Part shown: positions 27,438-40,883 of the stretch, piece by piece
Layout: every line of letters begins with the position of its first letter
Numbering within the stretch: position 1 is the first letter of the stretch
DNA from: Strigamia acuminata
Lineage: Eukaryota
NCBI GenBank assembly: GCA_949358305.1
Contig: OX442314.1
Span: 10,602,001 to 10,666,000, forward strand
Direction: 5' to 3'
Length of the DNA stretch: 64,000 nt
Notes under the pieces: model-generated
Databases searched by the model: none
What the model saw: the letters and a program-made list of their open reading frames with translations, nothing else
Told to the model about the DNA's origin: nothing
Translations under genes and position numbers: made by a program

Positions 27438-27826
27438 TATACTCCAAACCTACACAACGTGGTCCTAATTCCTATTGGTTGAGCCGTCTCACTGGTGTAG
27501 TGGCACAAAAAAGTAGCCCATAATAGCGGAATTGTAATCCGACTAGGCAAAACAACCAATAAAAAACTAAACCTTTGTTTACCTGCCAAAAGAAACCAAC
27601 AAACTATGCTAACATTGTTTGATTGATTAAAAGGGAGAAAAACTTATTTAAGCAAATAAAATAAATATTTTATTACCAAATAAATAAAATCAATCATTCT
27701 AATCACTTTTTACACTGAAATTCATTGAAAATAATAATAATAAATAAATAAATAAATAAATAAATAAAATAAACAGAACTACTTTTTCGCGTAGTAGAGC
27801 ACAGTCCACAGTTAGGCGTAATCTGG
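27438..27826 (+). mobile_element. MITE family A copy, right TIR lost, (AAAT)n expansion inside
   Basis: Collinear with 25050-25400, with an extra microsatellite at about 27730-27770. Confidence 0.85.
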
Positions 27827-29276
27827 TACAGTTCAGTTTTTGTGTGTTCAATCAAAAATTCATTTCTTTAAACCCTCTAAGGTGCAACAGCATATCTATT
27901 TGGGTGCAACTGTCTCCTTGAATAGAAAAACTTTTCTTTTCTTACATTTTTCTGACTTTGTTTGAACAATCATAAAGTTTGTATGGAAAAAAAATTGGTG
28001 ACGTTTTGTGCATTATTCATTTATTTATTCAACATTAAAATTTCTGCCCCTTAGAAATCCCATCATAACTTTAAGTTGGCTTCTTCCAATTTTATCAAAG
28101 CAGTTTCCTCAGTACTTCCAGGTTTTACCAGCAGTCGGCGGGTGGCATATGTGGTCACATGTACCGGTAATTCGTCAAATCTTGCCACAACAATTTAAAA
28201 AATACACTAAAGCGCTTTTGCTTTAGTCCTTCTAAATGTAATTTTTTGCACACAAATAGGTACTCTGGAGATCCAAAGTGTCATCTCCAAACCTTGCCCT
28301 TCTGAAGGTTAAATCACTTAGGTAAGTGCAATCTCATGCAAATCAGCACGCACTCACCAAAAATCATATTCAATAATTAAAAGATTCAGAAGAATTCAGA
28401 AAGATTCAAAATCCTCATGAGAAAGATTCAGGTAATTGCCATACCCCTCGATATTTTTCTTCAGCGATCCAGTAGAATTCCAAAATTTCATTTATCGGTG
28501 AAGCGTGCTCGGACTCTAGTCTAGTGGCAAATAAAATGCTCTTGGTTACTTCTATTGCCTAAAACAGAAAGTAAACAACAGCCATATTGAATTTGGACTG
28601 GAATTTTGCAGTCAGTTAATTGCTTTCCATTACAAAGAAAATAGTTGTGCTTGTTCTTGCAGCACTAACATATATACACCCCCCACATGAGAAGTTTTGC
28701 TGCAATTGCTGTGTCAGCAATTCTCCATTGATTAAACCAGTATTAACCAAACATCTTCAATCTTTAATATAAAAAAATAAAGGATAAAACTGACCAATAT
28801 CTTCTTGGCATCATCAAATATAAATCTTGATTCTTGGCAGTTCAGTTTGATAAAAAATTGAGTCACAAAGTATATAGGAAGCGACTTTTCCCCCGACAGA
28901 CATTTTACGAAGAAGAAAAAAAAATCAATATTCATGTGTGATAGAGCACTATTTAATTGCCAAGTCATTAAACCTTGAAATGAAATACCAAGTGAGATCA
29001 AAATTGCCCATTAACTTTTCCATTAAGGTCGTAAGAAGTTTGAAATCTTAAATTTTCCACACTTGTTTAAAACAGATACCGGATAACTGATGCCAGGTTC
29101 ACGCGCCATCTAACTTTCTCTATTTCTCATAAAGACAGATAGCTCGCACTAATTGGCCTGACACTAAGCCTACAGTCTGTTTTTGTGACAAACTCCCATT
29201 GACTATTGGTCTGTCCACAGCTTAACCTAAAAATAGTCTATAATGTCTTCATACGTTAAAACATCCCCATCATCAC

Positions 29277-29698
29277 TATACTCTGGCTCACTACAAGTTG
29301 GGCCTTTCTTCCATTGGCCGAGCCATTTCACTTGTGTAGTGATACAAAAAAAAAGACCAAAACACCAGAATTGCAATTGATGTACAGACATTGTGATCGA
29401 TTGCTTAGGTAACGGCAAAAAATTCAAATTTGTGTGCTTTCCAGACAAAGCAATCAATAAACTGAACAAACATGTGTGTTGAATTAAAAACAGCATAAAA
29501 CTGAATTTCATAAATGGAAAAAAATATTTTATTATAAAATACAATTAAAATTATATCATTTTAATTATTGTATGTAATAATCATAAAAATAAAAAATAAA
29601 CAAAACTACTTTTCCTCGTGGTAGTACACAGTCTATAGTTAGGAGTAATGACACTCAGCCAATGGGAGAAAGGCCCAACTTGTAGTGAGCCAGAGTTA
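29277..29698 (+). mobile_element. MITE family A copy
   Basis: 42-bp TIRs with 2 mismatches. Core similar to 2208-2637. Confidence 0.9.
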
Positions 29699-30285
29699 GC
29701 ACATGTCAGTTTGTAGCTGCGAAGCAACGAGTGCTGTTGACTGTGTTTGCTGTTAATATTGGTTTGCGATAGAAGAGATGTATTTGTGTGAATGTAGGTT
29801 TTTGACGCACGATGTGTTGACATTTTGTAAATTCCCATCAAGAGATGGCTCTGGTTTCCATTTCCGTTGCATCGATTGTCGTCTTAGACGTAGTTCTACT
29901 TCAAAACTTGTGACAAACTCCCAATGGTTGGACACATCACAAGCTCACGGATACAAATAAGTTATCATGTGATCCTTCTCAACCAAGAAGGAAGAGATGA
30001 AGGTCAAAATGACCATTAACTATTCAATAAAATATCTATAAACTCAATTATTAATCGTAAAATGTACATTAAATTTCACGCCAAACATATTTAAAGCTGC
30101 CATAACTGAGTCTGTAACCCGAACTGGACTAACCGGTTCAAAAATAATCACTAGTCACTATTTTTATCAATGTCCTCAAGCACAGATCAATAACCTACGA
30201 GAGTTTGCCACAAGTTTCTGTAAATTGATGAACTTTTACGTTGATGAGTGAACAGGTCTATCCATATACACCAAATAAATCCAAA

Positions 30286-30650
30286 TATACTCTGAACCGA
30301 CATAACGTTGACCTAATTCCAGTCGTATCACTGGTGTAGTGGCACAAAAAAGTAGCCCATGACACCAGAATTGTAATCTAACTAGGCAAAACAACCAATA
30401 AAAAACTAAACCTTTGTTTACCCGCCAAAAGAAACCAACAAACAATGTTTGATTGATTAAAAGGGGAAAAGCTTATTTTAGCAAATAAAATAAATATTTT
30501 ATTACCAAATAAATAAAATCCAACATTCTAATCACTTTTTACACTGAAATTCATTGAAAATAAACAGAACTACTTTTCCGCATAGTAGAGCACAGTCCAC
30601 AGTTAGGCGTAATACGGCTCAACCAATTGGGAAATAGGACAAAGTTATAT
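30286..30650 (+). mobile_element. MITE family A copy with decayed arms
   Basis: TATACTC start and core matching 25100-25400. Confidence 0.8.
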
Positions 30651-33419
30651 TGTTGCTGACATTTCTCTAAGCCAATCAAGATTGTGAAACACCTATTCTT
30701 TTATGGATGTAAAAAGCATAGCATGGCATTCTAACCTAACCTAACCTTATCCTAAATAGCACTTGGAGTCCGGAAATTTTAAACCGGGGTATTTTTCCTT
30801 GCCGATAGAAGATAAAAGCAGCTGCAATATCCCATAAGGAATAGTGGGTCATAAATCTCTGCAGCAAAAGTGACAGGATTTGGGCAATGTTTGGTTGAAT
30901 AGTCAATGCTGTTCACAGAGAAGAAAAAAAGAGGAACAGCTTGGAAAAGTATCTGGTAATTGCTGCCGCTAACAAATGAAGAACATCGACTCGGCTCATT
31001 GAAATACGTAAATCTCGACATCTGTACTCCACACTCCACAGGAGGATATTTAGAAAAACCATCTCGATGAATTTCTCTAATGCCTCAGTCTGCTGCTGAC
31101 GAATTCGTCTTTTCCTTTTGAAATTATAGATCGGCAGTCACGCAAGGTGAAGACCAGAAAATTTCCATCAATCAAATGCAGTTTCCAGGTCATTACATGT
31201 ACATTCAGATAAAGTAGTCCCACGCAATGCAAAACCCTTTGTTTGAATAATACAGGACTTTACACCTCGCAGTTTTTCATTGTCGAGCAATTAGAGACCC
31301 GCGGACAATTGGAAGATATACGGTAAGTGCAAATAAACCATAAAAAAAATTATGGCGTAATGCACTTTGGCTCCGTCCACAACGATGTTATAATGTTAAT
31401 TTGCTATTGGAAGTGCAGCAATTGTTACAATCACATGATCGTATCACCTGACCTTATTTTTCCAAAGATATATTGTTCAATATTGCAACAACAGATGGTG
31501 CTTGTATCAAATTTGTTGTTTTAGTCGTTCTAAGTTTTTCGTAAAACTACGCAGTAATGAAACTCTTACCTATTTTCTACCGCGCAGTCTAACACACGGT
31601 ATAGTAACTACCAAAATGCATTTGTTATTCATACAATTAATATTTTGCTTCATATCTTAGCCGAACTTACAATTTAACACGTTGATTACCACTTGCTTCC
31701 GTTGTGTCCTTTCGCTGACATCATTACTTCTTTATCTCACTGCAGCACACACATTTAAAACTTTTTTTAAAAAAAAAATTGCCAACTTCCCGTTCTACGT
31801 CTCACTCAAGCTTCCACCTCCAAAAACTTTAATTCTCATGTTGCAACAGTGAGTTATGGTCCATTTCACTGATTGAGTAAGATCATTACATAATCCCATT
31901 TTCTTGTTTACTCTTTCCACTGCTTGGTGGAGTTTATTAGTAACTTAACCTCCCTTCATTCCAACATCAACCAGCAATGTTGAGGTGAAGAAAAGAAGAA
32001 AAAAAAGAGTAAAAAAGAAAAGAAAAGAAAAGAAAGTTTGAAAGAAAAAAAAACCTCTAGGTACAAACTAAGTTTTGATTGGTAGTTTCTAATCAGTGCC
32101 CAACATCAGGCACATAGCAAAGTGCAAAAGAAGAAGTGGTGATGGAGCGCGATAAGGATGCCAGACTCGCGTCCAGCTTCGATTGGCACACAAAAGCAGC
32201 GTCTCCTTTGAATCCATTTCAACAAGGATTCCTCCTTCTGCCGGAGAGATAAAAGAACAACACTCGAGGAGGAATCCCATTGCCGTATCATCCGCTCAAA
32301 GAATAACCTGAGCTTTTATTAATTCGAGCGCGAAATCTTTTCATTAAAAGAAGATGGAGAGCGAAGGAAAAAATTTTTAAATTAACAAGAAACACGCTAT
32401 AAAAAAATTCAACAACTCTAAAGTGGAATTGTAAAAAGAGAAGTCACGCGTAGTGCATGTAGAAGTGAAAAATTTTGTAAAAATTAGATAAAAGCAAATG
32501 TGCTAGTTAATTGACCGCCTGCAGGTCGGCTTTCCAGCATGATGATGAGTACGGCAGTGAAGCATTAAGTTTAATAGATATGGGGCAGCACGTGGTTTGG
32601 ATTTTTTTTCTTTTTTTTGCGTATAAATTATTGAAACACAATCAACATTTAATCACCATTAAACTTAAACTTTAAAGTTGGAAAATCCACCTTACGGTAC
32701 TAATACTATGTTTATTTCGAGTAAGATAAAATATTCCGTGTGCACAGCTGTCATGTAAACAGGGATGACAAGGATTATTCGAGTAGTGAATAATCCCTCG
32801 CAGAATGTTGTTTAATTCGAGTGAACTCGAACTATTTTTATTGCGCATGTGTGCATCGTTTCCGGCACTTCCCCATTGGTCGAAAACCGAAAGTGATCAC
32901 GAATTATTTTCTGCATGTAAACGTAGTATATGTTGTACGGTATATCTGAAGTGCGACAAATTTGGCATTAATAAAGTGGGTGCCACCTTAATAAGTTATG
33001 AGCGTTAAGTCATTTTTCACATCTGTTGCTGGTGTGAGGCAGCTCTTTATGGCACACATTTGCATCTAAAAAGATGTGCATCACTGCACACCGTTTAGGC
33101 TTAAACGCAGCTTCTGTTTCTTGGTGCATCTAACTAATGCACGGTCTGTCCATCACTGCTTTTACTCTGAATGAGAAGTTCATTTTTCTGCCACGAGTGG
33201 CCAGAGCATAGTAATCCTTATTTTAAAGTAAGATTAACGGTGAACAATTTATTTGTTTAGCTAAACTGATGCAACAATAGAAACACATTTGCCACATTCA
33301 GCTGTTAAATTATGTTGCAGCTAGCATGATTGTGACCGATAAACATCTCCGGTTGAGCGGTTGATTGATATGCATATGGCACCATGCTGCAGCTAACATT
33401 TTTATATATAACTTTATAA

Positions 33420-33577
33420 ATTTTTGGCAGTTGCCTAGGCAATCGATTACAATGTCTGTACATTGTAATGCAATTCTGGTGTTTGGGTCTACTTTTCTGG
33501 ATCACTACACCAGTAAACTGGCTCAACCAATGGGACTACAGATTGTAAAGTGCCTTTTTGACTACAACTAGTGTATA
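33420..33577 (-). mobile_element. MITE family A partial copy (same arm type as 2208)
   Basis: Diverged reverse complement of 2208-2365. Confidence 0.8.
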
Positions 33578-34448
33578 GAAACCAGCATAAGAGAATGTGA
33601 AGATTTTTTTAGTTGTGTACATTAAAGACACCTGAAATAACCATAAAACTGCTACTTAGCCGTTTCCTTAATTCTGTCCGACACACGACAAAATCAACTT
33701 CGGACAGTTTACCGAAGTCGAGCCAACTTTGCTCTAAGCTTTAACTCCACTTGAATCAACTTTAACTAGGTCAATTCTATCCATTGTGCCTAACTTAATC
33801 AATTTTTAAAAGAGATTAAAAAACTGCTATTCACGCTACATAAACCTTGTGTACAAAATGTCCAAGTGTGCTCATGTGAAAACTAGATTATCCTTTTATC
33901 ATCATCATGTATAATTTAAGTGTTTTATTTTTTGATTACTTTAATACCAGTTCTGCTCTAAGAAATAAAATAAAAATAAAAATAAAAACATCATAAACTA
34001 AAGCAATAACAAACTCAAGTATCTAACTGATTAAAATAAGGCTCAAATAAGGAAATCAGATAAATTGGTAAACCACAATAAGAAAAATTGTAAACCTTAA
34101 AGCCAGAAAACTCATCTTGCATAGAATTTCATGTGATAAGAGTTTAAGTATCAGAAGACAGCTCATAAAATTGTTTTGTCAAAGTCCCCAAAGCCCACAG
34201 GCAGGCAATAGCTAACTAATGGCCTGTGAATGAACATTTCTGACATTTGACAGTTTTTCTTGACAAGTATTTTCAACAGAAACAATTGTTTTTAAGCTTA
34301 GATGTTTGTGTTTTTGTTTTGTCATGTTAAATTATTGTTGTATTATTCAAACAACTAACAGTCCTTCTCTAAATATACCCTAAACTCCTTATTTCTAAGC
34401 ACAAAAGCAAAAAGAGAAACAGCCATCTTCACTTTCCCAATAGAATAC

Positions 34449-34516
34449 ACCAGAAATTGAACCTGAAAACCTTGGGTCAAAAGGCAAGTGCAGTAACCAC
34501 TCAACCAAAGTCCAGC
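34449..34516 (-). mobile_element. Degenerate tRNA-like head (tRNA-derived SINE or tRNA pseudogene)
   Basis: A-box-like TGGTTGAGTGG and B-box-like GGTTCAATTTC at tRNA spacing with a CTTG...CAAG stem between. No intact acceptor stem. Confidence 0.55.
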
Positions 34517-34825
34517 TTCCTTAGAAGTACAGCTTTTAAAGTTTATGTACAGCTAAGTCGCTGCTAGTACTACAACATCACGAGGCCCTAAGCTGTGAGA
34601 AAGATGCGGCGGTCAGTTAAAAAGCATTCGTAAAGTGATCTAATCTTTAACAAGATTGTAAACACAAATACAACAACACACTCACACTACGAACCAAAGA
34701 TAACATAAACATCTATCCGTGTGTTATTTCCTATTGATTCGTTGTTCTGTGCACTGATTGGATGACAGCAATCACGTTTCATGCCTTGCTTGTCATCTAA
34801 GCATGTTTGTTACTTGTTATCATCC

Positions 34826-35147
34826 CAAAACTCGTTTCGTGTTTGTACGTGACGTCATTCCCATTACATAACATGGGAATGTTATTCAATGGGAATGACG
34901 TCACATACAAACACGAAACGAGTTTTGCATACGTTTTAGAGTTTTTGAATACAGCTAGTGCGGCAACTGAAAACAGACTAAATCAGCCGCCATTTTTGAT
35001 GCTAGATAGAGACAAGCAGGTTTAAAAAGCACTAGATACGTTACGTCATTCCCATTGAATAACATTCCCATGTTATTCAATGGGAATGACGTCACGTACA
35101 AACACGAAACGAGTTTTGCATACGTTTTAGAGTTTTTGAATGCAGCT
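34826..35147. mobile_element. Two truncated copies of a fold-back MITE with family C-type ends
   Basis: Palindromic aaactcgtttcgtgtttgtacgtgacgtcattcccatt arms. Both copies end tttttgaat.cagct. Derivative at 50689-50777. Confidence 0.8.
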
Positions 35148-36031
35148 ACTTTAAATTTGTTAAAAATGCTGTTTAGTCTAAATTACTTCATGAATGCGCC
35201 TACCACAAAATAAAGCACAATTTTAAACCAAAATCACTTTCAAAAAACCTTTTTGAATGCAGCTTACGCCTTCCCCAAGACCAATATGTCACTTTAGCAT
35301 TAGAAAATTCGAAAAGAAATGTCTAGACAACAGCTTTCTTTCATCTTTCTTATCACAGCTTTGAGCTCCAACCTTTGCCGGCTTCCAAGACATCTGCAAG
35401 ACAAGATACTGAGATTGTCTTACGGTTTTAAATCAGCGAGTAGAGTGAAAGTATGATGATGATGTAGCAGCTTCTGGAAAGTTTATGTGTAAATTTGTTA
35501 AAACTAAAATTCAGAAATACTCAAATATTTCTTTCTTTTATTGGAGCCATGACCCCTTTGTAGACCCGAGTTAGTATTCGGAGTTCGCTCACTAGCTAAA
35601 TACAAAATCCTTCAACAAAAGTACAATTTTCTTTTTTAAATTTCCTATGGGGGTTAGCAGGGATTTAGCAAAGTATGCAAAACCATATCATTTCATCAAT
35701 CTCTTACAAAATCAATTATTAGCCCACTAAACCGGCTCTGTTCAGTTGAAAACCTTAGTTTGCATAACATTTTTAGCTTCTCCAAATTAACTTCAATTAA
35801 TCTGATGTGCAAACAGTTTATTTTTTTAGTTTCAGAGTTAATTAAATATGTGTACCATCCAAGCGTTATTGATCAAATTTCGCCTACACTCAACGGACAA
35901 CCGATAAGGTGGGGTGCCGTTCCAACGGAAAATCCGTAAAAGGCAACATGGTCGCAAATATGCGAGGAGAGTCCGAATGATTCGGGAAATCTTACTTCTA
36001 ACACAGAATCAATTACAAACGTAAAATTAAC

Positions 36032-36444
36032 TATACTCTGGCTTATCGTAAGTGGGTACCCAGTTCCTATTGGCCGAGCCATTTTACTGGTGTAAGTATA
36101 CATGAAAATAGGCCAAAATACATGTTGAGTGCTTGCCAGACAAAACAATCAATCATAAAATTCAAAAAAAGGTTGCTTTCCTGACTTAGCAACCAATAAA
36201 CTAAACCAACTGAACAAACAGGTATTTTGAAAAAATAACAGCAGAAAACATTGCTTTATGGTTTCTTAAAACATTTTATTAGTAAATAATAGCAAATTAA
36301 CATAATTTCAATCTTTACAATAATCACACAAATGTAAAACACAACAAAACTACATTTCCTGGTGGTAATATAAAGGCAGCAGTTAGGAGTAAACAGGCTT
36401 GGCCAATAGGAACTGGGTACCCACTTACAATAAGCCAGAGTATA
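36032..36444 (+). mobile_element. MITE family A copy
   Basis: 49-bp TIRs with 2 mismatches and TATA at both ends. Shares CCTATTGGCCGAGCC and the core motifs. Confidence 0.9.
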
Positions 36445-38537
36445 CTTACACTAGTTACAGGTTTATCCAGGTTTTTAGTGGTTTTACAAAGAGAAACTTT
36501 TGCATGACTGTTTTTGACTGAGGTGAAATTTGAACTGAGTTTTTCCTCATCCAGGCAGGATGCACATCCTGTGCAAAAACATAGGGGCGACAAAATTCAC
36601 ACAATACATAAAATACTCCAAACATGTTTATTTTTAGCCTTTAGATAAAATCCAATAAATAAAAACACAGAAAAACATTCCAAGCGACACCTTGGTCAAC
36701 ACAGTGAATAAGATTTGGAAGTAACATTTGGTGGCTACATAGTGTTATCATCAAATCTTACTCTAGTTGATTTTGTTTTTTGGAAGAATACAGCAGTGAT
36801 GTGCACGCTTTAAAATCAATAATACTGGGATGTTATGTGAAATGCAAGCCGAGATCAAATTCAAATGTGTATTTCAAGGAACTGTCATTGATCAGTACTT
36901 TGAGCCGTAAGCTTTTTTCTATAAAAAAAAAACTGATTGTCGAGAAAATTGTATTTTTTAAAAATAAATTTTAACAGAATTATTGTTCTGAAAATGGATA
37001 TGTACTAAAGTGCTCTACAACTTTGCAATTAAAACAGTATGCCTAAACTGTATCGTTTACAAGTTTGTGGTTTGAAGACAATGTTACGACATTGAAACAC
37101 AATATTAAAATTGAAACCAATCATAATAACGGTGCTAATATTAAACAAAACAAAACATGGGATTTTTCACCAAAGGTCTGTCGATCTTGCAACCCACTTC
37201 AATGATGTATAGTCGTGTTCAAAAAAACTGGACCTTAACTCTATGCTGGCAATTGAAATTGTTTTAAACGTTTTGATGACGTTTTCATCATCAAAACGTT
37301 CATTTCGATCGCTTTTTACACCAAAAACGGCAAAAACAGCCATTTTCGTCATTAAAATAAATGAAAACGACTGCTTTACTAAAAAAAAAAAGTGTTTTTT
37401 TTCCATCTGCAAACCACAAAACATAAAAAAAAAAACATTTCAATTTTTTAAAAAAAAATTGGAAAAGTGAACTGAACTATTGGTTCAAGTTCGTGAACTT
37501 GAACTTAGTTCACTTTGAAAAAAATTTTAGTCAACGTGAACGTGAACTAGTTCACACGGCAATGAACGCGAACTTGAACTAGTTCGCAATTTGGTGAACG
37601 AGATACAACACTGCAAAAATATTACAAAATCTGTTCTCGCAAAACCCAATGCATTTCAAAATACATTGCAATACATTGTAAAATATATATTTTTGAACTG
37701 CATGGGAACCTTGACTTACTATATTCAATTTAAAATCAAACTCAATGTAAATAATCTGTTTCTGTGAAAAAACAGTGCTGCAAGTGAAGATGATGTGAAA
37801 ATGCATTGTTAAAATACATGAGGCTACTCCAAAACATATTGTATAGATAAGTTGTGAATTTATGACAAATATCATGCATATTAAATGTGTTGTGGACAAT
37901 TTGAAATGTGTTATGCATATTAAGAAATATGTAGTGAATAAATTTAAATTTGTCACACATATTAGGAAATATGTTGTGGATGTATGGAAATGAGCTGCAC
38001 AGTATTGCTTCCATTTGTAATGTATCCCCTACCAGTCAGCTACACCCTTTCACATCCATTCCTCATTCACCCAACCTCCCTGTCCAAAAATAACACAACC
38101 TGAATCATTTTTCCATCCAACTCGATGCAATTCCTCTGGAGACTCGCCTCTATTCATGCCTCTTTCCATTTATTTTCCTAAACTCCTGACCTTGGCTATC
38201 TCTTTTCTTGCACAGGGTTATCCCACCATCAAAAGAATAAAAACAAAATCGTTAAAGAGACACTTCAATGGGATTCCTAAATCCCAAAAAACCAAAAAAT
38301 CTCACAAATGAAAGAAACGTTAAAATGCACCTACAAACATTTGTTATGATGTCAGTGCAAAACATCTGAAAAACATTGTATTGCAATTATACTGCAATGT
38401 ATTTTGAAATGCATTGGGTTTTGCGCGAATGCATTTTGTAATTCATTTTTAAATGCTATTGGTTTGTAAATGATAATACAAATGTACGAACAAACGTTCC
38501 AGCCACATAACTTCCTTAACTCCGTCTACTATCGCTA

Positions 38538-38929
38538 CCGTATTACCTCACGGGTTTAGCAGGTTTTTAAAATTTTGTCCAAAAAGTTTATACCGGCATG
38601 CCGGTATAAAACAAAACATGCCGGTATAAGTGAAAAACGTTTTTTCTTGTTTTTTTTTTTAAAGAGCCCAGATGAATAATTATATTGAATTTTGGGTCTG
38701 AAATTTAAGTTTTATTGATATTCTGAAGATTACTACTAAAATTTGGAAAATGTTATACAAATTGCCTACATTTTGGACATCTAAAAATGATTTTTTTGGT
38801 TGTTTTGGCTAAATTCTTTAAAAAAAATTTGTACTCACTTACACCGGCATGCCGTTATAAACGAGGTTTATCGGCTTGCCGGTTTTCCTCGAATTATACT
38901 GGCATGCGGCTTAATATGAGGTAATACGG
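38538..38929. mobile_element. Tc1/mariner-superfamily (CCGTA-ended) MITE
   Basis: TA-CCGTATTACCTCA ... TGAGGTAATACGG-TA, with internal palindrome TTATACCGGCATGCCGGTATAA. Internal fragment also at 44120-44330. Confidence 0.85.
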
Positions 38930-40505
38930 TATAAACTCACTTTTCCTAACAGATAGTGTAGTCATCTTCTGTTTATGACACGACCTGGTAATTGGCACAC
39001 CACCCAATAAATCATGACCCCCAAAACTTCCTTTCATCCTGATCAGATGCACGAGACACATCAGTACAGACAGTCAAATTGGCGTTTCTACAATTCGCTA
39101 GATTGACGCATACGTTAGAAGGTATTGCCCAAGTATTCGAGTGGAATGTACTTCGTTATATTGCGACAAAACAAACACTGAGAACAAAATGTCCGGCCTT
39201 GTTCTTGACGCAATAAATAATAAACAAATAAATAAATTCTGAAATGCATTCCCAATACTATATTATTCGTATTTGTCAAATATGAATGCATTTCCAAATG
39301 CATTTTTTCAATCCTATTCTGAAATTCATTATTTAATGTAAAAATAAAAGACTCAATTCTACGAAATGCTATACAAAATATATTTTTGAACCATATGGGC
39401 TCACAAGTCAGTCACCACTTGCAAACATCAACTGCCGTCGTCTAATTGTCTGAAACAACCCAGAAAAACTTCCATTCAAAGATCTCATCAACAACAAAGA
39501 AAAAAACCTAAACACGCTTCCATAAAAAATTCCCGTAATTAATTTCTCACCACCAGATGATCAATTGCATCCCTATCCATCATTTTCCATCCACCCACAA
39601 TGCATTTGATCGCCAACGGAGATAATAAACAATAGAAACGAGCGTATCCATTAAACACTTCTGCCGATACCGACGAAATAAACCCATCATCAACCGAATA
39701 CACTGATGCTATCGATATTATTAATCACCACGCAGCTGTTGATTCGAGACACCGAGTATGTACTGTAATCAATGGCGAAGTCCATTGACCATATGAGCGA
39801 TCCGGCATGCCCAAAAATGGACAAAAAAATCTTCACGTGCTGTCAGGCTACTTCAGTTCCAAATGTGAAGATTTTTTTGACCATAGGTGTACAATTTCCA
39901 CATTTTAATTGCCGAAAATTCCATATTTAACATCAAGAAATATTTTTTCTTTTCTCTTTTTACATTTTCTATTCCGCGATTCATTTTTTCCTTCTGGTCA
40001 CAACACCAAGTTGAACGTCGCGACGTTGGTCATAACTATCGATCGAGTAGACGGCACGCGTCTCTCTTCTTCATTGATTAGCCTCCTCTTTTATTGATTG
40101 CCGCAACCCACCCAAAATTCCACGCGAAAAGCCCCTACTTTTCCCCCCTCCTGAAAAAAGATCCCATTACGGGTGAAGCGGACCAGCAAACCACATTACC
40201 GAAGTTGTGGTGGAAAAAGAGTGATGGATAAGAAAAGGGGACAAAAAAATCTTTACCTGAGATTGACCATTCCCGGCTCCATTTTCAATTCAATCTTGCT
40301 GCCATTTGCAAAGTGAAGAAGGACCTTAAATCTATTCGCTCTCCGAATCCCAAATCCCGGTATTTGTTCAACTTGGCTCGATTAGAATAAATTTGATTTT
40401 TAGCTTTGCAATGTGAAGGCGATAGATGGTTTACACCTTGTTCGTACTAAAATGTTTAAATCTAGTTCTGAATATTGGTGCAAACGCACGTAGTCCAATA
40501 TTAAA

Positions 40506-40674
40506 CCTAAACACCAAACGAAAGAGCAGAAACAACTGCACCAGAAACGTTAATTTAACAACACTGCCCACAACTAATGATTGATATATACCGTATTTAA
40601 TTGAACAGTGTACAGCCTACATTTTTTTGAGACTCCCTATATTGTCGGGTCGGTTTTATTTGGGACTCACGGTA
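40506..40674 (+). repeat. Interspersed repeat (Tc1-like end); second copy at 53404-53561
   Basis: Shared aaacaccaaacgaaagagc...caacactgcccacaactaatgatt...ttttttgagac.ccctatattgtc. Confidence 0.8.
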
Positions 40675-40746
40675 GTTTAAAAACGTTTAAACCAGATAGT
40701 GCAAAGCCAACTAGATAACTGCCAAAGCTAGCCCTGAACATACAGT

Positions 40747-40883
40747 AGCTGCATTCAAAAACTAAAATATTTTGTGTTTTACTTCAATTTTTAAACAAAA
40801 ATGACATCATTTCCTATTTAAACCCATATTAGAACTAAAAATACACTTAAACTAAAATTCTTATTTTATTTTTTAATGCAACT
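40747..40883. mobile_element. MITE family C copy 2
   Basis: Reverse complement of 15620-15757, with AGT on both sides. Confidence 0.85.

Noticed and set aside
30731..30756. (CCTAA)n telomere-like repeat
   Set aside because: Only 3-4 interstitial units, not a telomere. At most weakly consistent with an arthropod.
35350..35370. miR-2/13-like seed TATCACAGC
   Set aside because: No complementary arm to form a pre-miRNA hairpin.
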